This document shows, piece after piece, positions 11,229 to 20,058 of a stretch of 59,116 nt of DNA. Each line of letters begins with the position of its first letter. Positions within the stretch are counted from its first letter, which is position 1. The notes under the pieces were generated by a model. That model did no database searches and was not told the DNA's origin. It saw only the letters and a program-made list of their open reading frames with translations. The translations under genes and the position numbers were made by a program. This stretch comes from an uncultured virus (IMG/VR IMGVR_UViG_3300020048_000047) (Duplodnaviria > Heunggongvirae > Uroviricota > Caudoviricetes). The stretch is taken from positions 62,001 to 121,116 of the IMG/VR virus record IMGVR_UViG_3300020048_000047; one strand, 5' to 3'.

Positions 11229-11677
11229 TATCGTGTGAATAATCTAAATTTATTATTTTCTAAATCACAACCAGCTAAATAAATATATATTTTTTTATCT
11301 TTGTTTTCGTTAATGAAATTTAGTAAATCACCAAAATATGTCTGTGTTTGAAATAAATGTCCTTCGGAATCATCGTCAACTATTTCATTACCAAGCATTA
11401 CAACCATTGGTTTATTAATAATTATTATATCACCATCACCTGTTAATTTAGTATGTAATTTAACAAATAATGAAATTTGTTTTTTAATATGTTCTTCTCT
11501 ATCTAACTTTGTTTTTATTTCACTTAAGATAAAATCGTGTATTTTATTTGACATTGTTGTTTTTTCAAGTTCACAAATTTCTTTAAATTGATTTTTAATT
11601 TCTGTGTTAATTCTAACATTAATTTCTTCAGTTTTCATTTTTCTTTGTTTTAGTTTTTTATTATTTTGTAGGTACAT
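11228..11677 (-). CDS. Ribbon-helix-helix (CopG-like) DNA-binding protein; start may be 11638
   Basis: MKTEEINVRINTEIKNQFKEICELEKTTMSNKIHDFI matches the RHH beta-alpha-alpha pattern. Confidence 0.6.
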   Translation of the reverse strand: MYLQNNKKLKQRKMKTEEINVRINTEIKNQFKEICELEKTTMSNKIHDFILSEIKTKLDREEHIKKQISLFVKLHTKLTGDGDIIIINKPMVVMLGNEIVDDDSEGHLFQTQTYFGDLLNFINENKDKKIYIYLAGCDLENNKFRLFTR

Positions 11678-11683
11678 TGTCCC

Positions 11684-11699
11684 TATATTTATAAATATA
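11684..11699. promoter_or_regulatory. Perfect palindrome TATATTTATAAATATA containing the late motif
   Basis: 16-bp perfect palindrome directly upstream of the RHH/HNH pair. Confidence 0.45.
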
Positions 11700-11760
11700 A
11701 CTAAATTATTAAAAAAATAAAAAACTTTACTTTTTAATTATTTTTTTTATTTTTGTCTAT

Positions 11761-11967
11761 AATGAACAAGCTGAAGACCGTGCATTCCGTATCGGCCAGA
11801 AGAATGATGTTAATGTTTATTATCAATTATTTGACAATTCAATTTCAACTAGAATGTGGGAAATGTTACAGAACAAAAAAGATGTTATAGCAACAATCAT
11901 GGGTGAGAAAAAATTAACTGAAGATGAAATAACTACCTTGATGGTAGATGAACTATTTAAAAATTAA
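11761..11967 (+). pseudogene. Displaced original 3' end of the SNF2 helicase
   Basis: Open 68 codons NEQAEDRAFRIGQKNDVNVYYQLFDNSISTRMWEMLQNKKDVIATIMGEK..; 39/50 aa identical to the helicase C-terminus by manual alignment; no start codon at its 5' end; stops 4 nt before the glutaredoxin ATG. Confidence 0.9.
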
Positions 11968-11971
11968 TAAA

Positions 11972-12238
11972 ATGGGTATAGTAAAAGTATATGGTGTAGA
12001 TGGTTGTCCATATTGCACAGAATTAAAAGAACTTCTTAATAAAGAAAAGATTGAATTTACAGATGTTGATGTAAATTTACCAGAAAACCAGACTGAATAT
12101 AATCAGATTTATAAAATAACAAATTCTGATGATGTGCCGATTGTTAGAGTGAATAAAAGACTTCTAGTACCAAACGTTTCATATCAAACAATTCAAGACG
12201 CTGTTGATTTAACTAAAAAATTCTTAGCTGAAGATTAA
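11972..12238 (+). CDS. Glutaredoxin/NrdH-like redoxin
   Basis: CPYC active site and DVP cis-Pro motif; likely start ATG 11972. Confidence 0.9.
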   Translation: MGIVKVYGVDGCPYCTELKELLNKEKIEFTDVDVNLPENQTEYNQIYKITNSDDVPIVRVNKRLLVPNVSYQTIQDAVDLTKKFLAED

Positions 12239-12253
12239 TTGTATTTTTTCTGA

Positions 12254-12261
12254 TATTTATA
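12254..12261 (+). promoter_or_regulatory. Putative late promoter motif TATTTATA
   Basis: TTTTCTGATATTTATA, identical to 56111-56126; 14 nt upstream of the ATG at 12276. Confidence 0.6.
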
Positions 12262-12275
12262 ATTAAAGTTAAAAT

Positions 12276-13418
12276 ATGGCAGTAAATATAGAAGAACGTG
12301 AAAAGTTATTTAGACAACTTAAACATTCATTGGGGGCACCAATTCGTCAAATAGAATTAGAAGATGAAACATTATGTACTCTTCTTGAAATTGCTATTGA
12401 AGATTATTCTCAATATGTACAAGAATGGTTGGTTGAACATCAATGGCAATCACTATTAGGTCATAACGTTGATACAATGGATATGGCTTTTGCATTAAGT
12501 GTTAGAAGTTTCGACTTTATGACACAATACACTTATGCTTATTCAAAACAAGTTGGATTACAAACCAATGGTCCATGGGAACTTAAAAAAGATTTCGTTG
12601 AACTAGAAGCTGGTAGACAAGTTTACCAAATTCCAGCCAACCGTGAAGTAAATGAAGTTTTATGGATTACACCACCAGCAACTAGTCAAGCTTTATTGGC
12701 CAACTATGGTGGTATTGATTATGGCTTCGGTGGTGGATTTGCACAAACAGGTGGTGGTACAGGTACTGGTGGGCCAGGTTTTGCTCGCCAAGGTTATTAC
12801 ATAGCACCAGCTTTTGATATTCTTTTAACAGCTGCTGATATGAATCTAAAAAATAGAATTGTAAGAAGTGAGCTAGTTTATAAAATAACAGCTGGACCTA
12901 ATGGAACAAAATTATTACACTTACTATCAGTACCAGGTTCTAAATTATCATTTGGTCAAGGCGTTGGTGGTTTAGGTAGCAGTATTAATATGACTGGTTG
13001 TCAAGTTTGGTATCATTATTATGAAACTAACCCAGAAAATCTTGATGCATGTAAAAAAGATAATCCAGATATTATTAAAATGCCTAACCAAGTTCCTTTA
13101 GCTAAGTTAGATTACGCTGATTTTAATGAACCAACTAGAACATTAATTAGACAATTGTTTATAGCAGAAGCTAAAAAAACACTAGGTAGAACTCGTGGTA
13201 AATTTGGTGGTATTGTTGGCCCACCAGAAGCCGAAAGAACTATGGATTACGAAACACTTATTAGTGAAGGTAATGAAGAGAAAAAAGGTGTTTTAGAGCG
13301 ATTAGATGCAAGATTATTAAGACTTTCAAGTACTGCACAATTAGAAAGAGGTGCGAAAGAAGCAACAGATTTAAATACAGCAATGAAATTCAGACCATTA
13401 GGGTTCTGGGTATATTAA
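12276..13418 (+). CDS. Neck protein (T4 gp13-like head-tail adaptor)
   Basis: LGAPIRQIEL..IAIEDY at the N-terminus and AEAKKTLGRTRGKF at the C-terminus match gp13-type neck proteins. Confidence 0.7.
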   Translation: MAVNIEEREKLFRQLKHSLGAPIRQIELEDETLCTLLEIAIEDYSQYVQEWLVEHQWQSLLGHNVDTMDMAFALSVRSFDFMTQYTYAYSKQVGLQTNGPWELKKDFVELEAGRQVYQIPANREVNEVLWITPPATSQALLANYGGIDYGFGGGFAQTGGGTGTGGPGFARQGYYIAPAFDILLTAADMNLKNRIVRSELVYKITAGPNGTKLLHLLSVPGSKLSFGQGVGGLGSSINMTGCQVWYHYYETNPENLDACKKDNPDIIKMPNQVPLAKLDYADFNEPTRTLIRQLFIAEAKKTLGRTRGKFGGIVGPPEAERTMDYETLISEGNEEKKGVLERLDARLLRLSSTAQLERGAKEATDLNTAMKFRPLGFWVY

Positions 13419-13449
13419 TAAAAAAAGGGGCCTTAAGCCCCTTTTTTAT
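13419..13449. terminator. Bidirectional intrinsic terminator
   Basis: AAAAAAAGGGGC-CTTAA-GCCCCTTTTTT between convergent genes. Confidence 0.85.
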
Positions 13450-13450
13450 T

Positions 13451-16400
13451 TTAGAAATTCCATTCTTCCTTTTCAACTGGAACTTCTGGGATATAACCAT
13501 CTGGTGTTTCCCCATATGTGTCATCAAATTCATCGTCTAAAATTAATTCTTCATCACTTCTAACACTTTCACCATTTTCATCGACTTCTTCATTTTCATC
13601 ATCATCATCACCACCCTCACCTTCAGATTGTTTTTTCTTTTTCTTTTCCTCTTTAACGATAACAACATCTTTAACTTTTTCTTTTAATAAATCAGTAATT
13701 GTTTCGATATTTGGTTTTAATTCTTCTTCTAAAATATCCATTGTATCGCCAGTTAATACCTTACGTTCCATCATATAGTTTAGATATTCTTCATATTTGT
13801 TATCTAGATTATCAGTACCAGTTAACTTATAATATTCATTTCGTTTTATTGCTTCTTTTTCGTATTTGAATATATCATTTACAGTACATAATGGTTCATC
13901 CCATTTCCTAGATATTAGCATAGGTTCATCATCAACAATACCTACAGTCGCTAAAATGAAAGCATCGATTGGTAAACCACCACCAGAATCCATAATTTCA
14001 TTTAAATCTTTAACTTCCAAATGTTTAATTATATCTTCTATAACTTCTTTTTCATGTATAACACCCTCTATCTTAGCGATACGCATACGTTCAATATAAT
14101 CAGCTCTGATTTCTTCCCATTCTTCAACTTCCATATTATTTGGAACCTTATTAACACTATTCCAGAATCTAATTTCTTTATCTTCCATTTTCATAAGGTC
14201 TTCATACGAATCTTGGTCGGTTACTTTATTAGGCATACCAGATACTAGTTCACATTCACTATGTGTAAAGATAATTCTTTCTTTTAATTTCTCAGTAACT
14301 TTTTTAGTCGCTTTATCTTTAACCTTAACAATATCTAATGAAATTCTACTACGAATATCTGGATGGAAACAAACTAATAATGGTTTAACCTTTTTATTAA
14401 ATGCATCCAAATAACGAGCAACATTATATTCATCAGTGAACAATTCTTCATTGATTGAATTTATCCTAGCCTCAAGACTTTTAGATGCTTCAGAATCAGT
14501 ATCTTCTAATACTAGTAAAGCTTTTTTCAACATTTCAAGTTCTTTAATAATCTCGAAATCATGTTCAACTGTTTCTTGTGGAATCATTTTACAATTTAAT
14601 TCAACAATTTTATTAGCTGGTGGTAATGTAGCGTTGGTTTCCAAATATTTCTTTTGTTCTTTTTTGGTCATTTTGTTTTTATCGATGGTTTTTAAATCAC
14701 CATGCGATTTTGAACTACCAGTATTGATATAATAAATTACATCACCAAGAGTTACATCTAAATTTTCCCTCATTGCTAGTTCCATATGTGCTTGTTTAGG
14801 CATAGGATTACCAGCTTTATTTTTCATAGTACCTTTCTTCTTATAATCTGGTATAGATAACTTAACCTTAGCCTTAGAAGCTATTTTAACCAAAGGTATT
14901 TGATAGTTATAAATCTTATCAACATATTCGTAATAATGTTGAATAAATGAATATCCATCACCATCTAATAACATACGAATTGATTTAGCTAAAAATTCCT
15001 CAATATATACAGGCATTCTTTTTGATTTAACTGAGTTTCCTACTAATTTAATCTTATGTTTACCTTTTTTATCGATATCATTTGCATAGTTTTTTCTAGC
15101 AAAATTGATAGTTGAATAACAAATATCATCTATATCTAATCCCATACGACCAAACATGTAATTTTCGTTGAATTCGGCTAATACTGCATCTAATCCCACA
15201 AGTTCTTTACCAGCATCTTCTGTGGTTTTCCAATGGGTACCTTTAGCGACATATTTAATATCATTGATGTTATCTGGAAATGAAAAGTTAAAACCGTCAG
15301 TATCACCTACAAGTGCTTTAAAACCATGTTTTTCTGTAAAGTGTCTAACCATAAGTCGTAGATATTGTCTCCCACGACAAGTAGTTTCTTCAGCACAATC
15401 TGAATCTCCCCAATTAAAGATATATGGAGCACCATACGAACCGAACCATGAATTGGCAAGTATCTTAAGTGGTAACTGTTTCTTATCATATAAATTAGCT
15501 AATGCTTTGTGCTCTTCAATTTCCTTCTTTAATGCTTCAATTTCAGATGGAGTCATAGTTGAAGCTTCTTCTTTTAATTTAGCTTCTAATTTTTGGTAAA
15601 GTTTAGTTTCTTTACCAGTTAGGAATTTGAACTTATCACGAGTATCAACGATATATGTAAGGGTTCCTTCCATCATACCTGTAATATCTAGGTCTGGGAA
15701 AATAAGGTGTGTTAATTGAATCTTAGGATATAAGGCCGCAAAATCCAGCTTAACAACATTTCTAGCGTAACCAACTTCTAATAAACGAGCTAAACCACCA
15801 GTGAAATCACGTTTCTTTTGTGTTTCTGGGATTGCAAGTCCATTTTCATAAGACCAAGCAGACATAATAAGTTTCCATTGGCCAGCTGTTCCCATTGTTG
15901 ATGAACGTTGGAATGTTGTTGGTAGTATCTTACCAATAAGAAATGATGCTTGATTAAAAAGGTTATCAATTTGTTCGGTTTCCCATAAGTCATCACATAG
16001 ATATCTTTGAACTATATAATTACCTTTAACTATTTTGTAACCATCTTTTAATGGTTTAGTTTCAGTAATAATATACCAATCACCATCTTTATCGTTAAAA
16101 GCGTATTGATTGGTTTCATCACGCCATGTTGTGTTTATTTTATCACCTGGGACATAAACACGATTTGGTTTAGCTATTTCGGAGTATTGCGTAATATACT
16201 TCAAACCCCACGCTTTGATTTCAGAGTTGATAGCCATTGCTCTACGTACAGCATGAGAAATATCTATGATATTATAACCCCACATATTTGTTTGATTATA
16301 AGTTTCAGTTTCACCACCGAACTTTACAGTAGATGATTTACGTTTAATCTTAGATATTCTATTTAGTGTAATAGCGAAGTCGGTTATTTCCATCCCAAGT

Positions 16401-17164
16401 CTTTCAGCACGTTCAAAAATGAATGGCCAGTCAAAATTTTCGGAATTATAACCAGTAATTATGTCTGGTTGGATAATATCAATTACCTTAAAAAATTTAT
16501 CAATATTTTCACGTTCAGAATTACGTTTTTCTTGACCAGAATTACCTAAGGTTTCGAAAACGTATTCCATACCTCGGTTATCCCTAACACCTACTTGAAA
16601 GATTGCGTTCTTAACTGCGAATAACCCTTCAGTTTCTAAGTCAAATTGAAACCTATGTAGACCATCATAATCGTCAATACCTTTAAATAAACGCTTACCT
16701 GTTTGAATCATAAACTGTTCAATAGGACTAAACATTACAAAAAATTCACGACTTTCCTTTTTAAACACGTCAATACCACCGCTTTTGAAAAAAGCAATGA
16801 GACTATTATAAGATTGTGTACAAGTTGCTAAATATTTGTAACCGTTCTCTAAACGGTCTGGAGCCATACCATCCACATTGGCTGTGCGTAGTTTGGTTAT
16901 TTTAATACCAAACTTAGTACAAGCTTCTATGATTTTCATTCGTTTACCTTCGTAAAGCGTATGTGCTACTTCTTCTTTAAACCAAAGGAATGGTTTAAAT
17001 GTGTGCTCTTCAATATATTTACCTTGTTCTGGGTCATTTATAATTAAACTAACCTTAGGTGAATCATAAACAGCTTCAATGGCTACGATATATTTTTGGT
17101 CATCGCTACCCTCTAAGAAATTCTCGATTTTTTCAGCACTAATTTTTGATTTCGTATCTTCCAT
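13451..17164 (-). CDS. polB: Family B DNA polymerase
   Basis: ExoI FDLETEG, ExoII GYNSENFDWPF, ExoIII YLCDD; motif A LDFAALYP, motif B KILANSWFG, motif C GDTDG. Start set at ATG 17164 because the TTG at 17182 overlaps the promoter. Confidence 0.95.
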   Translation of the reverse strand: MEDTKSKISAEKIENFLEGSDDQKYIVAIEAVYDSPKVSLIINDPEQGKYIEEHTFKPFLWFKEEVAHTLYEGKRMKIIEACTKFGIKITKLRTANVDGMAPDRLENGYKYLATCTQSYNSLIAFFKSGGIDVFKKESREFFVMFSPIEQFMIQTGKRLFKGIDDYDGLHRFQFDLETEGLFAVKNAIFQVGVRDNRGMEYVFETLGNSGQEKRNSERENIDKFFKVIDIIQPDIITGYNSENFDWPFIFERAERLGMEITDFAITLNRISKIKRKSSTVKFGGETETYNQTNMWGYNIIDISHAVRRAMAINSEIKAWGLKYITQYSEIAKPNRVYVPGDKINTTWRDETNQYAFNDKDGDWYIITETKPLKDGYKIVKGNYIVQRYLCDDLWETEQIDNLFNQASFLIGKILPTTFQRSSTMGTAGQWKLIMSAWSYENGLAIPETQKKRDFTGGLARLLEVGYARNVVKLDFAALYPKIQLTHLIFPDLDITGMMEGTLTYIVDTRDKFKFLTGKETKLYQKLEAKLKEEASTMTPSEIEALKKEIEEHKALANLYDKKQLPLKILANSWFGSYGAPYIFNWGDSDCAEETTCRGRQYLRLMVRHFTEKHGFKALVGDTDGFNFSFPDNINDIKYVAKGTHWKTTEDAGKELVGLDAVLAEFNENYMFGRMGLDIDDICYSTINFARKNYANDIDKKGKHKIKLVGNSVKSKRMPVYIEEFLAKSIRMLLDGDGYSFIQHYYEYVDKIYNYQIPLVKIASKAKVKLSIPDYKKKGTMKNKAGNPMPKQAHMELAMRENLDVTLGDVIYYINTGSSKSHGDLKTIDKNKMTKKEQKKYLETNATLPPANKIVELNCKMIPQETVEHDFEIIKELEMLKKALLVLEDTDSEASKSLEARINSINEELFTDEYNVARYLDAFNKKVKPLLVCFHPDIRSRISLDIVKVKDKATKKVTEKLKERIIFTHSECELVSGMPNKVTDQDSYEDLMKMEDKEIRFWNSVNKVPNNMEVEEWEEIRADYIERMRIAKIEGVIHEKEVIEDIIKHLEVKDLNEIMDSGGGLPIDAFILATVGIVDDEPMLISRKWDEPLCTVNDIFKYEKEAIKRNEYYKLTGTDNLDNKYEEYLNYMMERKVLTGDTMDILEEELKPNIETITDLLKEKVKDVVIVKEEKKKKKQSEGEGGDDDDENEEVDENGESVRSDEELILDDEFDDTYGETPDGYIPEVPVEKEEWNF

Positions 17165-17179
17165 AAATAATATTTTAAA

Positions 17180-17210
17180 CAAAGGTACGAAACAAAAATT
17201 TAAAAAACAA
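17180..17210 (-). promoter_or_regulatory. Bacteroidota-type promoter P1 of polB
   Basis: TTG-N20-TACCTTTG on the minus strand. Confidence 0.7.
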
Positions 17211-17246
17211 GAAAAAATCGAGAATTATTTTTAACTTTGTACGTTA

Positions 17247-17277
17247 CAAAGTTACTATTTTTTTTTGGATATTACAA
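17247..17277 (-). promoter_or_regulatory. Bacteroidota-type promoter P2 of polB
   Basis: TTG-N20-TAACTTTG on the minus strand. Confidence 0.65.
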
Positions 17278-17284
17278 GTATAAA

Positions 17285-17692
17285 CTATCTTTTTATACTT
17301 CCATCTAAAATGTTAATGAATAATTCTTCTCTAATTGGAACTAATAATTTACCACTAACGTTATAATTTTCTATTGTTCCACCACTAACAGTAATTGGTG
17401 ATAAATCTATTTCGAATTGCCCCACATACCTACCACCTTGACTTGTTTGTTTTTCATTAAATTGAAAGGTTAAATAGTATTCTTCACCAACACAATTAGT
17501 TGGTATAACTAGGTCAGTACCAGCTTTTTTCTTAGCTATTTTCTTAACACCAGTAATAACATCTGTCATTGTGAAATATATATCAGCATTTTGAATAAGT
17601 TCAAAAAATTTATGAAAATCGTTTCTTCCGTCTTGAATCAATTCAAGTTTCAATACTGGTAATGTTGCGTTTTTATTTATATAAAAGTCCAT
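17285..17692 (-). CDS. BppU N-terminal-like baseplate/fibre adaptor
   Basis: FYINKNATLPVLKLEL..GRYVGQFEI pattern typical of BppU-like Ig folds. Confidence 0.5.
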   Translation of the reverse strand: MDFYINKNATLPVLKLELIQDGRNDFHKFFELIQNADIYFTMTDVITGVKKIAKKKAGTDLVIPTNCVGEEYYLTFQFNEKQTSQGGRYVGQFEIDLSPITVSGGTIENYNVSGKLLVPIREELFINILDGSIKR

Positions 17693-17713
17693 ATTTCTAA
17701 TTATTAATTTAAA

Positions 17714-18556
17714 TTATGATGTAAAGCCGTATTTTTGTCTTAAATAATTCCAAATAGATGGTAAATCTGCTGTTGGTATAGCACCATTATAAAGAATTAC
17801 TTCAGCAACATCTATCGGTGATGATTGTGCAAATACAGTACCGTTAAATCCACCACCAACATAAAATTTGGCCGCTGACGCAACTGGTTGCATATTTTTA
17901 TTAGAACCAATAGCCGAACCAGTTGTTTTGAGTGTTTGACCTACGTATCCAGTCATTGTTCCAGCACTAAGTTTAAATGTGTAATAAAAGAATTTATTAG
18001 CATCGACACCACCACTACCCCAAGGTACTAAAATACTAGTCGTATTCACAGATGCGTTTCTATACCAAAAATTTAATGTTGTTGGTGAACTATCCCCATC
18101 AAGACCAAAACCTTCACTCTCAGCACTCCAAGTTGAATTGAATTCGATGATTGGTGCACCAGAACTCCAAGTTCTATTAGGGTTTTTCTTAAACACAATG
18201 AAAAGTGTTAACCCACTTGATATAGTTTGTAAACTAGTAGTTCTAGGTGCGGCCATATATTGAGCACTCAAATCATTTACTTCAATATATGGAATTGTAG
18301 ATGAACTACCACTTGGACTAAATGTTGTTGCACTAAATATTGGACTGTTAAGCGTTGTTGCTGTTAAATTATTATGATAACCAGTTTGGTCATTCCATTG
18401 TTTAACGTGAGAATTTATTGTGGCTGGTGTTGTTCCATAATCAGAATAAATACTCTTAGACGCATCAACCCATAATATAGGTGTTGCACTACCAAATGTT
18501 GGTAGTGTACCAGTATTATCAAAACCACCTCGATATATAAAAGGAATATTAAACAT
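17714..18556 (-). CDS. LamG/concanavalin-like virion protein
   Basis: LWVDAS..VKQWNDQTG..VAEVILYN..YLRQKYG signature. Confidence 0.7.
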   Translation of the reverse strand: MFNIPFIYRGGFDNTGTLPTFGSATPILWVDASKSIYSDYGTTPATINSHVKQWNDQTGYHNNLTATTLNSPIFSATTFSPSGSSSTIPYIEVNDLSAQYMAAPRTTSLQTISSGLTLFIVFKKNPNRTWSSGAPIIEFNSTWSAESEGFGLDGDSSPTTLNFWYRNASVNTTSILVPWGSGGVDANKFFYYTFKLSAGTMTGYVGQTLKTTGSAIGSNKNMQPVASAAKFYVGGGFNGTVFAQSSPIDVAEVILYNGAIPTADLPSIWNYLRQKYGFTS

Positions 18557-18557
18557 C

Positions 18558-20024
18558 TTATCTAAAGTCTTTAGCTATTAAACCGTACAAACTAGTACCG
18601 TCACTTATAAATGTTAGTATATCAACACCATTTGCAGATGAAGTTAATACTGGTGGAATCGCTGATTGCCATTTGTATTGTGAACCCCAAGTAACAAGTC
18701 TACTACCAGTACCATTTTGTTTAAGTATCATAGTGTAAACAGCACCATTTTTGAATGTTGTCCCACCACTAATACCAGTAGTTGCAGCTGAAAGTGTTAC
18801 GGTTTGTATATTACTGTTATCCCAATTTGGAATATATGTCGAAGTAACTGTTCCAGCAGTATAAACAGGGTTATTAGATTGGCCAGTATATGTTAAATTA
18901 CCATTAATAGTAAGGCCACTCATTGTATTTATAGTAGTATTTAACGTACCACCAGTTGAATTGGTTAATGTAATAACATTTGCGTTATTATACGTCATAG
19001 CGGTAATCCCAATACCAGTTATTGTTGAAATATCACGTAAATTAACACTTCCATCAGTATCTCTAACCAATACATTAGTTAATGTATTATTAGTTGTTGG
19101 TGTATAATTAATATTCAAATTAGGAACATAAACTGTATTACTACCACTACCAGTTATACCCACACCACCTAAAACCGCACTATAATTACCACTTACAATT
19201 GAAAGATTTGAGTGAATAAAAGAACCTACACCACTGGCTGTTGAATTCATACCACCAGCATGCGTTGCGTAATTTGATGCTGTATTTCCAGAATTTTGTG
19301 CATGACTATATTTACCACTTGCAATAGCTTCAGTACCTTCAGCATGTGCAAAATCATTAGTTGCACTTGTGTGACCACCTTCAGTATGAGAACCCAAACC
19401 AGATGAATATGTGTTTGCACCCTCAGCATGACTACTAATACCAAATGCTTTGGTATAACTCCCTTCAGCGTGTGCTGTTGAACCAGTCGCACTAGAACCA
19501 TTACCAAATGCACTAGAATAAGAACCAGTAGCAATTGTCCCTAAACCTTGTCGTAAACTACCTTTAACTATAACTTTACCACCATTTAGATTAAATATAT
19601 CATAACCAGATTGAACCCATAACGATGTTGGTGGTACAGTATTTATAACCCAAGCAGAACCATTATAAATATAAACTTGATTATCAGCTAGGTTAACTAC
19701 ACTGTAACCGCTAGTTACAATTGTTTCTGTCCATCCACTACCGTCACCATTACATTGATATACATAATCTTTTGTCCATCCACTAGAAGTTGATGTTGAA
19801 ATATATCTTAAAACATCACCATCTGAATTACAAGTTGTATAACCAGAAAAACCATTAATTGGGTCCAACCAAGTAGTTGATGATTCAGTACCTGTTATTG
19901 AACCTATTGTTATTGTTTGAATAGTACCACCACTGTGTCTTACTAGTATATTTGTAGATGTAGAACCACTTGTCGGTGCTGTTTCTAGTATAATACCATT
20001 TTTTATTCTCATTTCGTTTGCCAT
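18558..20024 (-). CDS. Tail fibre with YadA-head-like (xHAEG) repeats
   Basis: 14-aa SHAEG repeats; C-terminal LKQNGTGSRLVTW..GVDILTF fibre domain; likely start ATG 20024. Confidence 0.75.
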   Translation of the reverse strand: MANEMRIKNGIILETAPTSGSTSTNILVRHSGGTIQTITIGSITGTESSTTWLDPINGFSGYTTCNSDGDVLRYISTSTSSGWTKDYVYQCNGDGSGWTETIVTSGYSVVNLADNQVYIYNGSAWVINTVPPTSLWVQSGYDIFNLNGGKVIVKGSLRQGLGTIATGSYSSAFGNGSSATGSTAHAEGSYTKAFGISSHAEGANTYSSGLGSHTEGGHTSATNDFAHAEGTEAIASGKYSHAQNSGNTASNYATHAGGMNSTASGVGSFIHSNLSIVSGNYSAVLGGVGITGSGSNTVYVPNLNINYTPTTNNTLTNVLVRDTDGSVNLRDISTITGIGITAMTYNNANVITLTNSTGGTLNTTINTMSGLTINGNLTYTGQSNNPVYTAGTVTSTYIPNWDNSNIQTVTLSAATTGISGGTTFKNGAVYTMILKQNGTGSRLVTWGSQYKWQSAIPPVLTSSANGVDILTFISDGTSLYGLIAKDFR

Positions 20025-20058
20025 AATTCCCAATCCTTATGTTTAATTTTTTATTATT

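Larger units (their letters stand above)
10525..11758. mobile_element. HNH endonuclease cassette carrying a replacement helicase 3' end
   Basis: Bounded by a 19-bp direct repeat ATAATGAACAAGCTGAAGA (10525-10543 and 11759-11777); contains the in-use helicase C-terminus, an HNH gene and an RHH-like gene. Confidence 0.75.

Noticed and set aside
10525..11758. Group I intron in the helicase
   Set aside because: The upstream gene is already complete with its own stop, the nuclease is antisense, and there is no room for a ribozyme core.
13451..17164. Intein in the DNA polymerase
   Set aside because: No C/S...HN-C/S/T splice junctions or LAGLIDADG blocks; the extra length is coiled-coil inserts and a C-terminal extension.
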